A stretch of DNA of 63,974 nt, filler included. It is 10 parts of 10 records of this genome, joined end to end, with 100 filler letters (N's around TTAATTAATTAA, not from the genome) between each part and the next. Parts side by side here need not be neighbours in the genome. Positions count along the whole stretch, not along the records: positions 48,869 to 54,069 come from SRR20825010_4608; positions 54,170 to 60,792 come from SRR20825010_4609; positions 60,893 to 63,974 come from SRR20825010_4775; 7 more parts are not named here. One strand, written 5' to 3'. Shown here in pieces: positions 51,199 to 61,393 of this stretch. The notes beneath the pieces are model-generated. The model was not told the DNA's origin and searched no databases. It saw only the letters and a list, made by a program, of their open reading frames with translations. Made by a program: the position numbers and the translations under genes. The stretch's first letter is position 1. The number at the start of each line of letters is the position of its first letter.

Positions 51199-51963
51199 AT
51201 GGGCAGGGTTGCAGACAGGGTGGCAATCGTCACTGGCGGAAGTTCGGGACTGGGGCGCGCGACGGCGGAACTGCTGGCTGCCGAGGGCGCGGCGGTGCTC
51301 GTCACCGATGTTGCCGTGGATACGGGGCAGGCGGTTGCGGATGGAATCAACAAGGCAGGCGGCAAGGCCGCTTTCCTGTCCCACGACGTGGTGGACGAGG
51401 CGCAATGGGAAGCGGCATTTGCCCGCGCTGCTGAATTCGGGACCGTCAGCATCCTGTTCAACAATGCCGGTGTGCGGCCAAAGACCGTGCCGCTGGAAGA
51501 CATCGACCTTGCGGACTGGCAGGCCCACATGGCGGTGAACATCGATGGCGCGTTCCTGGGCATCAAGCACGGGATCCGCGCCATGAAACAGCACGGCGGC
51601 GCAATCGTCAGCACGTCGTCGATCTATGGCATCGCCGGGGCCGCCATGATTGGTGCCTATTCCGCGTCCAAGGGCGGGGTGCGGACCTTGTCCAAGGCCG
51701 CCGCGGTGGAATGTGCATCGCTTGGCTATCCGATTCGCGTCAATTCCGTGCATCCGGGCTTCATCGATACCGGCATGCTGGATTCGACCTTGCAGGAATT
51801 TGGCGAAGAGGTGGCGAAGAAGCGGATGATCCGCGCGACACCACTGCGGCGGATCGGGGAAGCGCGCGACATTGCCGAGGCTGTGCTCTATCTCGTCGCG
51901 GACTCCGGCAAGTACGTCACCGGTATCGAATTGCCTGTTGATGGTGGCTTTCTGGCCCGATGA
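51199..51963 (+). CDS. Short-chain dehydrogenase/reductase
   Basis: TGGSSGLG, NNAG, YSASKGG and RVNSVHPG motifs. Confidence 0.95.
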   Translation: MGRVADRVAIVTGGSSGLGRATAELLAAEGAAVLVTDVAVDTGQAVADGINKAGGKAAFLSHDVVDEAQWEAAFARAAEFGTVSILFNNAGVRPKTVPLEDIDLADWQAHMAVNIDGAFLGIKHGIRAMKQHGGAIVSTSSIYGIAGAAMIGAYSASKGGVRTLSKAAAVECASLGYPIRVNSVHPGFIDTGMLDSTLQEFGEEVAKKRMIRATPLRRIGEARDIAEAVLYLVADSGKYVTGIELPVDGGFLAR

Positions 51964-52000
51964 CCGGAACAGCCGCGACGGGATCGGGGGGCGGGGGACA

Positions 52001-53221
52001 ATGCTGACAGAAGCACCGGAAGCAACGGCGCGTGCGTTCAACATGTACAGGCTGACGCCCGAATTCCTCGACAACCCTTTCCCCGTCTATCACGCGCTGC
52101 GTCACCACAGTCCGGTACACCGCATGCCGGACGGGTCCGTGTTTCTCAGCCGTTACGGGGACGTTCTTGAGGTCTACAAGGACCGCCGCATGTCATCCGA
52201 CAAGACGCGGGAGTTCGGGCCGAAATTCGGTGACGGTGGGCTTTATCGCCACCATACGACCAGTCTGGTCTTCAACGATCCGCCGCTGCACACGCGGGTG
52301 CGCAAGCTGCTGGCGGAGGCGTTCACGCCGCGCGCCATGCGGCAGATGGAACCGTCGATCATTGCCATGGTCGACGGGTTTCTGGATCAGGCGGCGGAAC
52401 GACAGGACATCGATCTGATCGGTGATTTCGCCTTCGCCCTGCCGGTCGGTGTCATCTGCGACATGCTTGGCGTGCCGGTCGTGGACCGGGACCGGTTGCG
52501 TGACTGGGCGGTGACCATCCTGGGCGCGCTGGAACCGGTGATCAGTGATGATCAACTGGCACGTGGCAATGCGGCGGTGGAGAATTTCTCCGCTTATCTG
52601 AAGGATCTGATCGACGAACGGCGGAAAGTCCTGCGTGACGATGACATCCTGTCCCGCCTGATCAGCGGGAAAGTTGACGGCGAGGGGCTGACCGAGGAAG
52701 AGCTGATCCAGAACTGCATCTTCCTGCTGAATGCCGGGCATGAGACGACGACGAACCTGATCGGCAATGGCACGGCGGCACTGCTGGCATTCCCCGACCA
52801 GATGCAGCGGCTGCGCGACAATCCCGACATGATGGATATGGCGCTGGAAGAATTCCTGCGCTTTGAAAGCTCCAACCAGCTCGGCAACCGGCGGGTAACG
52901 GTGGCGACGACCATAGGGGATGAGACGCTGGAACCGGGAACGGTCATCCATCTGGGCATTGGTGCCGCCAATCGTGACCCGGCCGTCTTCGCCGACCCTG
53001 ATGCTCTGGACATTGCACGCACACCGAACCGCCACCTGGCCTTTGGCTGGGGCGCGCATGTCTGCCTGGGCAATACGCTGGCCCGGATGGAGGGGCGGAT
53101 TGCGATAGAGCGGTTGCTCACCCGGTTCCCCCGCATCGAACGCAACGGCGATTTCACGCGGGGCGGCCGGGCCAGGTTTCGTGGTTACAGTGCCTTTCCG
53201 GTTCGGCTGCGCGCAGCCTGA
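52001..53221 (+). CDS. Cytochrome P450
   Basis: DPP.H.R.R, AGHETT, EEFLR and FGWGAHVCLG heme-binding motifs. Confidence 0.97.
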   Translation: MLTEAPEATARAFNMYRLTPEFLDNPFPVYHALRHHSPVHRMPDGSVFLSRYGDVLEVYKDRRMSSDKTREFGPKFGDGGLYRHHTTSLVFNDPPLHTRVRKLLAEAFTPRAMRQMEPSIIAMVDGFLDQAAERQDIDLIGDFAFALPVGVICDMLGVPVVDRDRLRDWAVTILGALEPVISDDQLARGNAAVENFSAYLKDLIDERRKVLRDDDILSRLISGKVDGEGLTEEELIQNCIFLLNAGHETTTNLIGNGTAALLAFPDQMQRLRDNPDMMDMALEEFLRFESSNQLGNRRVTVATTIGDETLEPGTVIHLGIGAANRDPAVFADPDALDIARTPNRHLAFGWGAHVCLGNTLARMEGRIAIERLLTRFPRIERNGDFTRGGRARFRGYSAFPVRLRAA

Positions 53222-53255
53222 ACGGCAACACTCCTGCCAGCCATCAGAGGGGCGC

Positions 53256-54069
53256 ATGGGACAGGTAACATCGCTCTTCGTGCGCAAGATGCTGTTGCAG
53301 GTCGTTGATCCCAAGGCGAGATCTGCGTTCCTGAAGTCTGTCGGGCTGGGGGATGAGGAAGCTGACCCGGCGAAGATGGTTTCAGCCGACACCTATTATG
53401 AATTGCTGGAACGGGTTGTTCGGGCCGACCCTGATGGCACGACCCTGCCATTGCGCGTCGGCGCGACGATGGTCTGTGACGACTATGCCGCCTTTGGCCT
53501 GGCCTGGAAGTCGGCCCTGACGCTCCACGGTTCGTATGAGCGTGCGGTCCGCTACGCCCGGATATTGACCAGCGTGACCGGCCATGCGCTGGAGAAGGTG
53601 GACGGTGGTGCAATCCTGCACCTGGATCGTCCCGGTGAGCGCCGCCTGGGCCTGCGGATTTCCAATGAGGCGACGCTGGCCAGCATCGTTGCGATCAGTC
53701 GCGAAGTCTGTGGCGTACCGTTTCGCGCGGATGCGGTCTGTTTTCGTCATGCGCCACCGGCCTCTCTTTCCGGACATCGGGCCTATTTCGGCTGTGAACC
53801 TGTCTTCAATGCGGGCTGGGACGGACTGCTGGTTCCGGACGAGGTGTTGCACGCCCCCAATCGGCTGGGGGACCGAAGCATCTCCAGTTTCTTCGACGCG
53901 CATCTGGCGGGCGAACTGGCGCAGCTTCGCGACCACAATGCGCTGGAAAGGCGCGTGCGCAGCCTGGTTTCCCATGCACTCAGCGCAGGGGTGCCCATGG
54001 TGTCGGATGTGGCCGGCCAGTTGGGCATGAGCGGGCGAACCCTGCAGCGGCGGCTTGCCGACCATGGAC
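53256..54069 (+). CDS. AraC-family regulator (3' truncated)
   Basis: Ligand-binding domain plus VAGQLGMSGRTLQRRL HTH. Confidence 0.92.
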
Positions 54070-54169
54070 NNNNNNNNNNNNNNNNNNNNNNNNNNNNNNN
54101 NNNNNNNNNNNNNTTAATTAATTAANNNNNNNNNNNNNNNNNNNNNNNNNNNNNNNNNNNNNNNNNNNN
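54070..54169. other. Artificial contig linker
   Basis: N44-TTAATTAATTAA-N44. Confidence 0.99.
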
Positions 54170-54808
54170 GATGACCTGATGGCCGGCGAATATGTATTGC
54201 GCCTTCTGTCCCCGGATATTGAACGTGCCATGGACCGCCGCGTCATCGACGACCCGGTCTTTGCCGCCCCCGTGCGCGACTGGGAGGCGCGGCTGGCGCC
54301 GATGGCCGATGAGCTGGAGGACATTCCGCCCGCCGCCAAAACCAAACGTGCGTTGCTGGCGACTTTGGGCGGCACACCAGAGTCGCCGACCCGGCGCTGG
54401 TGGCTAGGCACCGGGCTGGGTCTGGCGACCGTGGCGGCGCTTGTGGTCCTCTCACCCCTGCCATCGCTGCTGAAGGGGCCAGAGTTCGGGGCACAGATTG
54501 CCTCGTCTGACGGAACCTTGCGATTTGATGCGACGGTCACAGGCGACGAACTGGTGCTTGCCCGGCTTGAGGGCGGACCGCGCCCTGGCCGTGCGCTGGA
54601 ACTGTGGCTGATCGCCGATGGCGCGCCTGCGCCTGTGTCGCTGGGCGTGTTGCCAGAGGCAGACAGCGCCCGGATTGCGCTGTCACCCGACCTTGTCGCG
54701 CAATTGACCGGTGCGGCTCTGGCCGTGTCGGATGAACCGCCGGGCGGCTCTCCCACCGGGGCCCCCACGGGTGAGGTTCTGGCGGCGGCCGCGCTGGTCG
54801 CCCTCTGA
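54170..54808 (+). CDS. Anti-sigma factor, RskA family (5' truncated)
   Basis: AGEYVL, WEARLAP, a TM helix, ELWLI...PVSLG and LAVSDEPPGGSPTGAPTG. Confidence 0.9.
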   Translation, partial: DDLMAGEYVLRLLSPDIERAMDRRVIDDPVFAAPVRDWEARLAPMADELEDIPPAAKTKRALLATLGGTPESPTRRWWLGTGLGLATVAALVVLSPLPSLLKGPEFGAQIASSDGTLRFDATVTGDELVLARLEGGPRPGRALELWLIADGAPAPVSLGVLPEADSARIALSPDLVAQLTGAALAVSDEPPGGSPTGAPTGEVLAAAALVAL

Positions 54809-54873
54809 GCCGACCTGCTGGACAGTGCCCTGCCCTCTGCTAGGGTCCGCGTCAAAACCAGCAGGAGAGTCTC

Positions 54874-56244
54874 ATGTCCCTTGACGCCACCCTTTCCCAG
54901 ATCGATTCCGACCTGCCCGCAGCTCTGGACCGGTTGATGGCGCTGTTGCGCATCCCGTCAATCTCGACCGATCCGGCCTATGCCGACAAGTGCCAGCAGG
55001 CCGCCGATTGGCTGGTCGCCGACCTGAAGAGTCTTGGCATTGCGGCCGAGACGCGCGAAACGCCCGGCCACCCGATGGTTGTCGGTCATGTCGAGGGCGA
55101 CGGCCCCCATGTGCTGTTCTATGGACACTACGATGTGCAGCCGGTCGACCCGCTGACCCTGTGGGACCGCGATCCATTTGACCCGCAGATCGAGGACACC
55201 GCCAAAGGCAAGGTGATCCGCGGCCGCGGCGCGTCCGATGACAAGGGCCAGCTGATGAGCTTTGTCGAAGCGTGCCGGGCGTGGAAATCCGTCCACGGCA
55301 CCATGCCCTGCCGCATCACCTTTTTCTTCGAAGGCGAAGAGGAAAGCGGATCGCCGTCATTGATCCCCTTTCTTGAGTCCAACAAGGATGAACTGAAGGC
55401 CGATCTGGCCCTGATCTGCGACACCGGCCTGTTTGAAAGCCGTGTGCCGTCGATCATCACACAGTTGCGTGGACTGCTGGGTGAGGAAATTACCTTGACC
55501 GGCCCCGCCAAGGATCTGCACTCGGGTATGTACGGCGGTGCGGCTGCCAACCCGATCACCCACCTTTGCCGCATTCTTGGCAATCTGCATGACGCCAATG
55601 GGCGCATTCAGGTGCCACATTTCTACGACGACATTCCTGATCTTTCGGATGACATCAAGGAACAGTGGGACGCGTTGAATTTCGACCACGCTACTTTCCT
55701 TGGCGATGTCGGTCTGGCCAAGCCCGCCGGCGAACAGGACCGTTCGGCGCTGGAAATGATCTGGTCGCGCCCCACTGCCGAGGTCAACGGCATCATCGGC
55801 GGTTACACCGGCGACGGGTTCAAGACGGTTCTGCCCTCCAAGGTCTCGGCCAAGGTCAGCTTTCGCCTTGTCGGCCAGCAGGATCCGCACAAACTGCGAG
55901 AGCATTTCCGTGACTGGGTGCGCGCGCAATTGCCCGAGGACGTCAAGGCAGATTTCCACGGTCACGGTGCTTCGCCCGCCAGCCAGATGCAGACGACGCA
56001 CCCGGCGTTTGAGGCGGCGCGCAGCGTGCTGGGCGCGGAATGGGGATATGACGCCGCCTTTACCGGCTGCGGCGGGTCGATCCCGGTTGCGGGTTATTTC
56101 AAGAAGATCCTAGGTATGGATTCGATGTTGGTGGGTTGGGGCAAGGACGACGACCAGATCCACTCACCGAATGAGAAATACGACGTCGAGAGCTTTCACA
56201 AGGGCATCCGCAGCTGGGCGCGTATCCTTGACGCGATCCGCTAG
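54874..56244 (+). CDS. M20/M25/M40 metallo-dipeptidase
   Basis: YGHYDVQP, RGASDDKGQ, EGEEESGS, DLHSG, GGSIP and HSPNE motifs. Confidence 0.95.
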   Translation: MSLDATLSQIDSDLPAALDRLMALLRIPSISTDPAYADKCQQAADWLVADLKSLGIAAETRETPGHPMVVGHVEGDGPHVLFYGHYDVQPVDPLTLWDRDPFDPQIEDTAKGKVIRGRGASDDKGQLMSFVEACRAWKSVHGTMPCRITFFFEGEEESGSPSLIPFLESNKDELKADLALICDTGLFESRVPSIITQLRGLLGEEITLTGPAKDLHSGMYGGAAANPITHLCRILGNLHDANGRIQVPHFYDDIPDLSDDIKEQWDALNFDHATFLGDVGLAKPAGEQDRSALEMIWSRPTAEVNGIIGGYTGDGFKTVLPSKVSAKVSFRLVGQQDPHKLREHFRDWVRAQLPEDVKADFHGHGASPASQMQTTHPAFEAARSVLGAEWGYDAAFTGCGGSIPVAGYFKKILGMDSMLVGWGKDDDQIHSPNEKYDVESFHKGIRSWARILDAIR

Positions 56245-56365
56245 TGCCATGCGGGCGGGGTTTTCGCGGGTTTGATGACAAACCTGCATGAATTGAGGGC
56301 AAAAACCGACTTTCGGCCACAATTCGCCGAAAATCTCGCCGCAATCGCGCGTTAACCATTGGGGC

Positions 56366-56908
56366 ATGACAATGCCCTATCGCCCCTCCGCCTTTCGCAA
56401 GCAAGACCACGGTGATTTCAGCCGCCGGGTCCGGCAGATCGACCCAACAGCACAGTGCGGTGGCCCAAACCACCGCAACAGGACCCAACCCAAGGTCGTG
56501 ACCGCGGCGCTACTGGGGTTCGGCGCGGCCTACATGACTGCGGCGATCGCCACCAATCGCGCGGTGATCGAAGCGACTCTGCGTCAACAAGGACTAGCCG
56601 CAGATACGCAACAGATGATCCTGTCCATCCTGACCGCCGCGTTGGCCGCGACGCTGGTCATGTTGACGATTCAGGTCATTCGGACGGCCCTGACCGCAGG
56701 TGTTGGACGTAAGAACGGGCGGGCCTATGTCATGGGCGCGGCACTTGCCTTCGCCATGTTCTACACACCCGACGCGATCTACATTCTGGGCTACGACTTG
56801 CTGGATGGGCATTCGCAAGGGTTTCTGGCAAAAGCCGGCAACCTGGTCGGCGACGTATTTCCCGGCCTCAATATCGACCAGATCCGCTTTACATCGTCAC
56901 GCGGCTAA
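56366..56908 (+). CDS. Hypothetical membrane protein
   Basis: 180 aa with ~3 hydrophobic segments; fills the intergenic space. Confidence 0.7.
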   Translation: MTMPYRPSAFRKQDHGDFSRRVRQIDPTAQCGGPNHRNRTQPKVVTAALLGFGAAYMTAAIATNRAVIEATLRQQGLAADTQQMILSILTAALAATLVMLTIQVIRTALTAGVGRKNGRAYVMGAALAFAMFYTPDAIYILGYDLLDGHSQGFLAKAGNLVGDVFPGLNIDQIRFTSSRG

Positions 56909-56914
56909 CGCCGC

Positions 56915-57790
56915 TCAGATCACCCCGACAAAGCGATCAGGCAACAGATATTGCCCGTCATAATCCGGTCGCTTGAAGGCATGAAACCCGGTTTCGCCAC
57001 GCGGAGCCCAGCTGCGTTTCATGCGTTTTCGAACCCACGACAGATCAAATCCGTCCTGCATGGGCAACCTCGTGAAGGCGTCAAACACCTCGCGATCTTC
57101 GCCGCGTGCCTCGGCAAACCAATGCCGCCCGATGGCGGTGTCCTGTATGCCCGTGCCCACCTCTTCCGTCACCTTGTTGCGGGCGTTCATGGTGGCTGTG
57201 TAATTGGAAAAATCACAGAATTTCAGGTGGAATAGATACAGTTCATCCGGGGCAATCAGGTGCTCATACTGGGTGAAATGGCCCCCGCGTGCGATTTTAG
57301 CGCCGTGGCTGATCACGCAGGGTTTGGAGTAATGCGGCGCAAGGCGGACGTGCCGACGCGGTCCGAGGATTGCGCCACTGATCGGCGTGTCCTCAATGTC
57401 GGTACGATGGATCACCTCCAACCCCAAAGGAGTTAGAATGCGTTTCGGGCGCGCCTCTTTGAGGTAGTCCAGCAACGAGCCACCATGTGCTGGATCCACC
57501 ACCACAAGTTCATCCACGTCACCGACAACCACATGGGTATAATAACAGCGCAGACCCTGAACGAGATTGTTCAGCATTCGCCAGCGTTTCATGTCGAAAT
57601 TTGGATGAGGGTCACCGGGTATCCCAATGATATTACATCCTTCTGCAAGATCAGCCACATCCCCACCACGACCGTGGTTGACGATATAGCAATTCTCGCG
57701 TCCCAAGGTTTCACCGTAGTGACGCAGCCATGCCTTCAGAAAGAACGCATCCCCACGCACCATGGTCAGCGCCGCCGCAACCGATTGCAT
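56915..57790 (-). CDS. Glycosyltransferase family 2 protein
   Basis: ALTMVRGDAFFLKAWLRHY and the DVDE (DxD) motif. Confidence 0.85.
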   Translation of the reverse strand: MQSVAAALTMVRGDAFFLKAWLRHYGETLGRENCYIVNHGRGGDVADLAEGCNIIGIPGDPHPNFDMKRWRMLNNLVQGLRCYYTHVVVGDVDELVVVDPAHGGSLLDYLKEARPKRILTPLGLEVIHRTDIEDTPISGAILGPRRHVRLAPHYSKPCVISHGAKIARGGHFTQYEHLIAPDELYLFHLKFCDFSNYTATMNARNKVTEEVGTGIQDTAIGRHWFAEARGEDREVFDAFTRLPMQDGFDLSWVRKRMKRSWAPRGETGFHAFKRPDYDGQYLLPDRFVGVI

Positions 57791-57906
57791 CTGCTCTGGC
57801 CTCTTCGTCTGTTGTTTTGTCGCCAGCCTACCCCAGCCCGTGCAACTCGGGAATCGCATTCTGAAAGTCTTGCCGCTACCCTGTTGGAAAACAGGCAGTC
57901 AAACCC

Positions 57907-58656
57907 ATGATCGATCCCGAATTTCGCGATATCGGCTGGCAGGTCACCCGGCCCCACGGCCCGCCAACCCGCTTTCAGGTTTTTGGAGAGCGCTCTTCGG
58001 GGACCAATTTCATCAAGCGCCTTCTGGGCCGCAACTCTCCGCTCAAGCCGGTCGAGGATTTTGGCTGGAAACACGGGTTTCCCCTGATGACTGCAATCCC
58101 CAAGGATCTTGCGGTCGTCTGCACCCTGCGCGACGCCCGCAGTTGGGCTCTGTCCATGCATGCCAAGCCTTGGCACTGCCCACCCGCAATGCAAGCCATG
58201 GACTTTGCGGATTTTATCCGGGCACCGTGGCGCACCGTGGCGGACCGCAAACGGTATTTTCCGCAGGTCGCCGAACACGGCGGATTGGGCCAACCCCTAC
58301 AGCATGACCGCCATCCGATCACCGGACAGGCCTTTCCCAACCTCCTTACCCTCCGACGCGCGAAATTGCAGGGACTGCTATCCCATCACCGCCGGGGGTG
58401 TACCGTGGTCTTGTGTCGTCTGGAGTCAGTACAGGCCGCACCAGAGGCGTTTCTGGATGCGGTCCACGCAGGGCTGGGCTTGCCGCCCCGTGACGGCGAA
58501 TTGCGTCCAGTTCACAAGCGGCTTGGGTCCAAGTTTCAGCCAGCGGTAGAGACGCGGCCCGACACGCCCAAGGCGTTGTCAGACCCCGACCTGGCGTTCT
58601 TGCGGCAAACTCTGGATCTGGCGACAGAGGCCCGTCTGGGCTATGATTACGTCTGA
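57907..58656 (+). CDS. Sulfotransferase-like hypothetical protein
   Basis: VFGERSSGTNF (5'-PSB-like loop) and RDARSWALS (3'-PB-like). Confidence 0.55.
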   Translation: MIDPEFRDIGWQVTRPHGPPTRFQVFGERSSGTNFIKRLLGRNSPLKPVEDFGWKHGFPLMTAIPKDLAVVCTLRDARSWALSMHAKPWHCPPAMQAMDFADFIRAPWRTVADRKRYFPQVAEHGGLGQPLQHDRHPITGQAFPNLLTLRRAKLQGLLSHHRRGCTVVLCRLESVQAAPEAFLDAVHAGLGLPPRDGELRPVHKRLGSKFQPAVETRPDTPKALSDPDLAFLRQTLDLATEARLGYDYV

Positions 58657-59915
58657 GGATTGATCAATATCGCCCGGAAATCATTCACGTTTGTTCCCGT
58701 CGGGCCGGGCGCGTAAATGTCCCCTAGTACCTCAAAGGCGCTATAAGGGTCTTGTCGCTGCACAAATCCCATCGGATCCTGCCCAAGGCCGCGCAACCGG
58801 TCGAAACTGCTACCGTCGACAAAAGCACCCGCGTTGTCCTCGGTGCCGTCAATCCCATCGGTATCGGCGGCCAAGGCGGTGACCCCGCAAACGCCTTCTA
58901 GCCCCTCGGCCAATCCCATCAGGAACGCTGTATTGCGCCCGCCACGCCCGGGTTTCGCGCCCAAAGTGACCGTCGTCTCCCCCCCGGACAGGATCACCAC
59001 GGGGGCGGTGAAGGGGCGACCGCGCAGGGCGACTTCGCTTGCCAGCGCCGCGTGGACACGTCCCACGTCATAGGCTTCGCCCTCAATGGCGTCCGACAGG
59101 ATCGCCGCGTTGATTCCCTGCGCCTCAACACGGGCCGTCGCCGCCTCCAACGACAGACGGGCCGAGGCGATAACTCGGACCTCATTGCGGGAAAAAACTG
59201 GGTCCGCAGGGGTGGGCGCGGCGCACTCGTCACGTGAAATATGCGCCATAATCCCTTCAGGTAGCTTGATATTTCTCGCCTCTATCATCGCCAGAGCATC
59301 ACTGCGGGTTACACTGTCAGGCACCGTCGGGCCCGACGCCACCTGCGCCGGATCGTCCCCCGGCACATCCGATACGACCAGCGAAACCACCCGCGCAGGA
59401 AAAGCCGCCGCTGCCAAGCGCCCGCCTTTTATCGTGCTCACATGTTTGCGAATGGCGTTCATCACCCCGATAGGCGCACCAGAGGCCAACAGCGCACGGT
59501 TCAACGCCTGTTCGTCTTCAAGCGTCATTCCCTCTGGCGGGGCAGGCAGCAGCGCCGACCCACCACCACAGACCAGCGCGACGACCAGATCATCCTCTGT
59601 CAGGCCGGAAACCGCCTGCATCACAGCCGCACTGGCCCGCATCCCGGCGGCGTCCGGCACAGGATGGGACGCCTCTATCACCGGCAGATGCCGACAAGGC
59701 GCAGCATACCCATACCGCGTCACGACCACCCCCTCGACCGGCGCGTCCCAGAGCGTCTCAAATGCCGCCGCCAGTTGCGCCGCCCCTTTGCCAAGAGCCA
59801 CGACAATGGTCCGCCCTTTCGGCTTGTCTGGCAGAACACCTTCAAGCGCCTTCAGCGGATCAGCCGCCGCAACAGCCGTTTCAAATAATTCTGTCAGAAA
59901 GCGCCGATCGTCCAT
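58647..59915 (-). CDS. Glycerate kinase type 2 (TtuD/MOFRL family)
   Basis: GKGAA, EASHPVPD, GGGSAL, SDVPGDD, SGGETTV, DTDGIDG and GPTGTNVND motifs. Confidence 0.93.
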   Translation of the reverse strand: MDDRRFLTELFETAVAAADPLKALEGVLPDKPKGRTIVVALGKGAAQLAAAFETLWDAPVEGVVVTRYGYAAPCRHLPVIEASHPVPDAAGMRASAAVMQAVSGLTEDDLVVALVCGGGSALLPAPPEGMTLEDEQALNRALLASGAPIGVMNAIRKHVSTIKGGRLAAAAFPARVVSLVVSDVPGDDPAQVASGPTVPDSVTRSDALAMIEARNIKLPEGIMAHISRDECAAPTPADPVFSRNEVRVIASARLSLEAATARVEAQGINAAILSDAIEGEAYDVGRVHAALASEVALRGRPFTAPVVILSGGETTVTLGAKPGRGGRNTAFLMGLAEGLEGVCGVTALAADTDGIDGTEDNAGAFVDGSSFDRLRGLGQDPMGFVQRQDPYSAFEVLGDIYAPGPTGTNVNDFRAILINPQT

Positions 59916-59972
59916 CGTTTCCCCTGTCTCTAATTCGTCTGATAACGCCGAGACAGATGAGAGGGAATTCTC

Positions 59973-60792
59973 TCATGCCTCGGCGTGCATCCGCGCCAAA
60001 TGTTCAACCCGGTCACGGACGTGATTCAGTGGCGGGCAACTCCGCCGGGTGTCCAATGAAACATGTAGCAGGAACTGATCACAGGTTGCCAGCAGTTCGC
60101 CGTCCTGTGCGTGTTTCATTTCATGCCAAAGGCGCAGTTTTTTGCCCTCACCAAGAAGCACCTTGGTTTCTACAAAAATCGCTTCTCCTGCATGGGTTTC
60201 CGATAGATACTTAATGTTGGTTTCAGCGGTGAAGTAACTGTGCCCCGCGTCGATATAATCCCGGTCAGCGCCGACATGAATCATCAGTTCTTCGCTGGCG
60301 TCCGAAAAGACCTGCCCATAACGCCCTTCATTCATGTGGCCATTCACGTCAGTCCAGTCCACCGGTACGACCCGGCGTACCGTAACCAACGGCACAGACT
60401 CTTCCAATGGCGCGCGCATCTGCGCGTCATGATCCGCGATCAACTTGCCTGCACCTGCTTCCTGTCCCTTCAATGCACGCAGGATCGCCACAAGGTTGTC
60501 ATCCCGCAGCCGTTCCAATGCACGGATCGACAAGTGGCCGGATTGTGCGTCGGATTGCCCAGCGATCAGGTCAACCAGTTCATCTGTGAACTCGGGAACA
60601 TCCATCAGCTTGGTCCATGGCCATTCAAGCGCCGGCCCGAATTGCGCCATGAAGTGCCGCATCCCCGCCTCACCGCCCGCAACGCGGTACGTCTCAAACA
60701 GGCCCATCTGGGCCCAACGCAGGCCAAAGCCATAGCGGATCGCGTTATCGATTTCCTCGGTTGTGGCGATGCCGTCCTTGACCAGCCACAGC
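59973..60792 (-). CDS. lcdH: Carnitine 3-dehydrogenase with C-terminal thioesterase-like domain (5' truncated)
   Basis: MGLFETYRVAGGEAGMRHF..QFGPAL.WPWTKL followed by WTDVNGHMNE. Confidence 0.88.
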
Positions 60793-60892
60793 NNNNNNNN
60801 NNNNNNNNNNNNNNNNNNNNNNNNNNNNNNNNNNNNTTAATTAATTAANNNNNNNNNNNNNNNNNNNNNNNNNNNNNNNNNNNNNNNNNNNN
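60793..60892. other. Artificial contig linker
   Basis: N44-TTAATTAATTAA-N44. Confidence 0.99.
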
Positions 60893-61253
60893 GTGTCAGG
60901 GTGGTTAGGCCGCTGCCGAATGCCAGCATCAGCCAGTCCCCCTGCGCGTAATTGGCCTGTTGTGTGGCCAGTCTTGCCCGCTCAAAGGCATCTGTCCGGT
61001 CAGCCGTGTCACTCAAGCGGTCATCCACCTCGGACGTATTGAAGCGCGCAGTGCGGACCGTCTGTTCCAGGTTGCGTAAAACGCCCCGGGTAGAGCGAAT
61101 ATCCTGAGCCTGCTCCTGCATCAGCCGGGTGATATCGTTCATGCGGGTCCACTGCCGGTCTATCTGGATCATCAGTAGCAGCATCAGCAGACCAAGTGCG
61201 CCGATGCCGAACCAGAATGCAATCCGGCTGATACCCATGTTGCCATTTTTCAT
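60893..61253 (-). CDS. Probable peptide ABC transporter substrate-binding protein (3' truncated)
   Basis: N-terminal membrane anchor and coiled coil, then YAQGDWL..AF...LTTLT. Confidence 0.6.
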
Positions 61254-61393
61254 GCTGATCCGCCCATGTCTGCTGTGCTATCCGATAACCGTTCTGTTGT
61301 ATGAGTGCTTCCAGTGCAGTGCGTTCAACCGCAGCGGGGTATATTACCGAACTTGTTGAATGAAGGGTGGCTCGTCACAGCCGTTAACCACCG

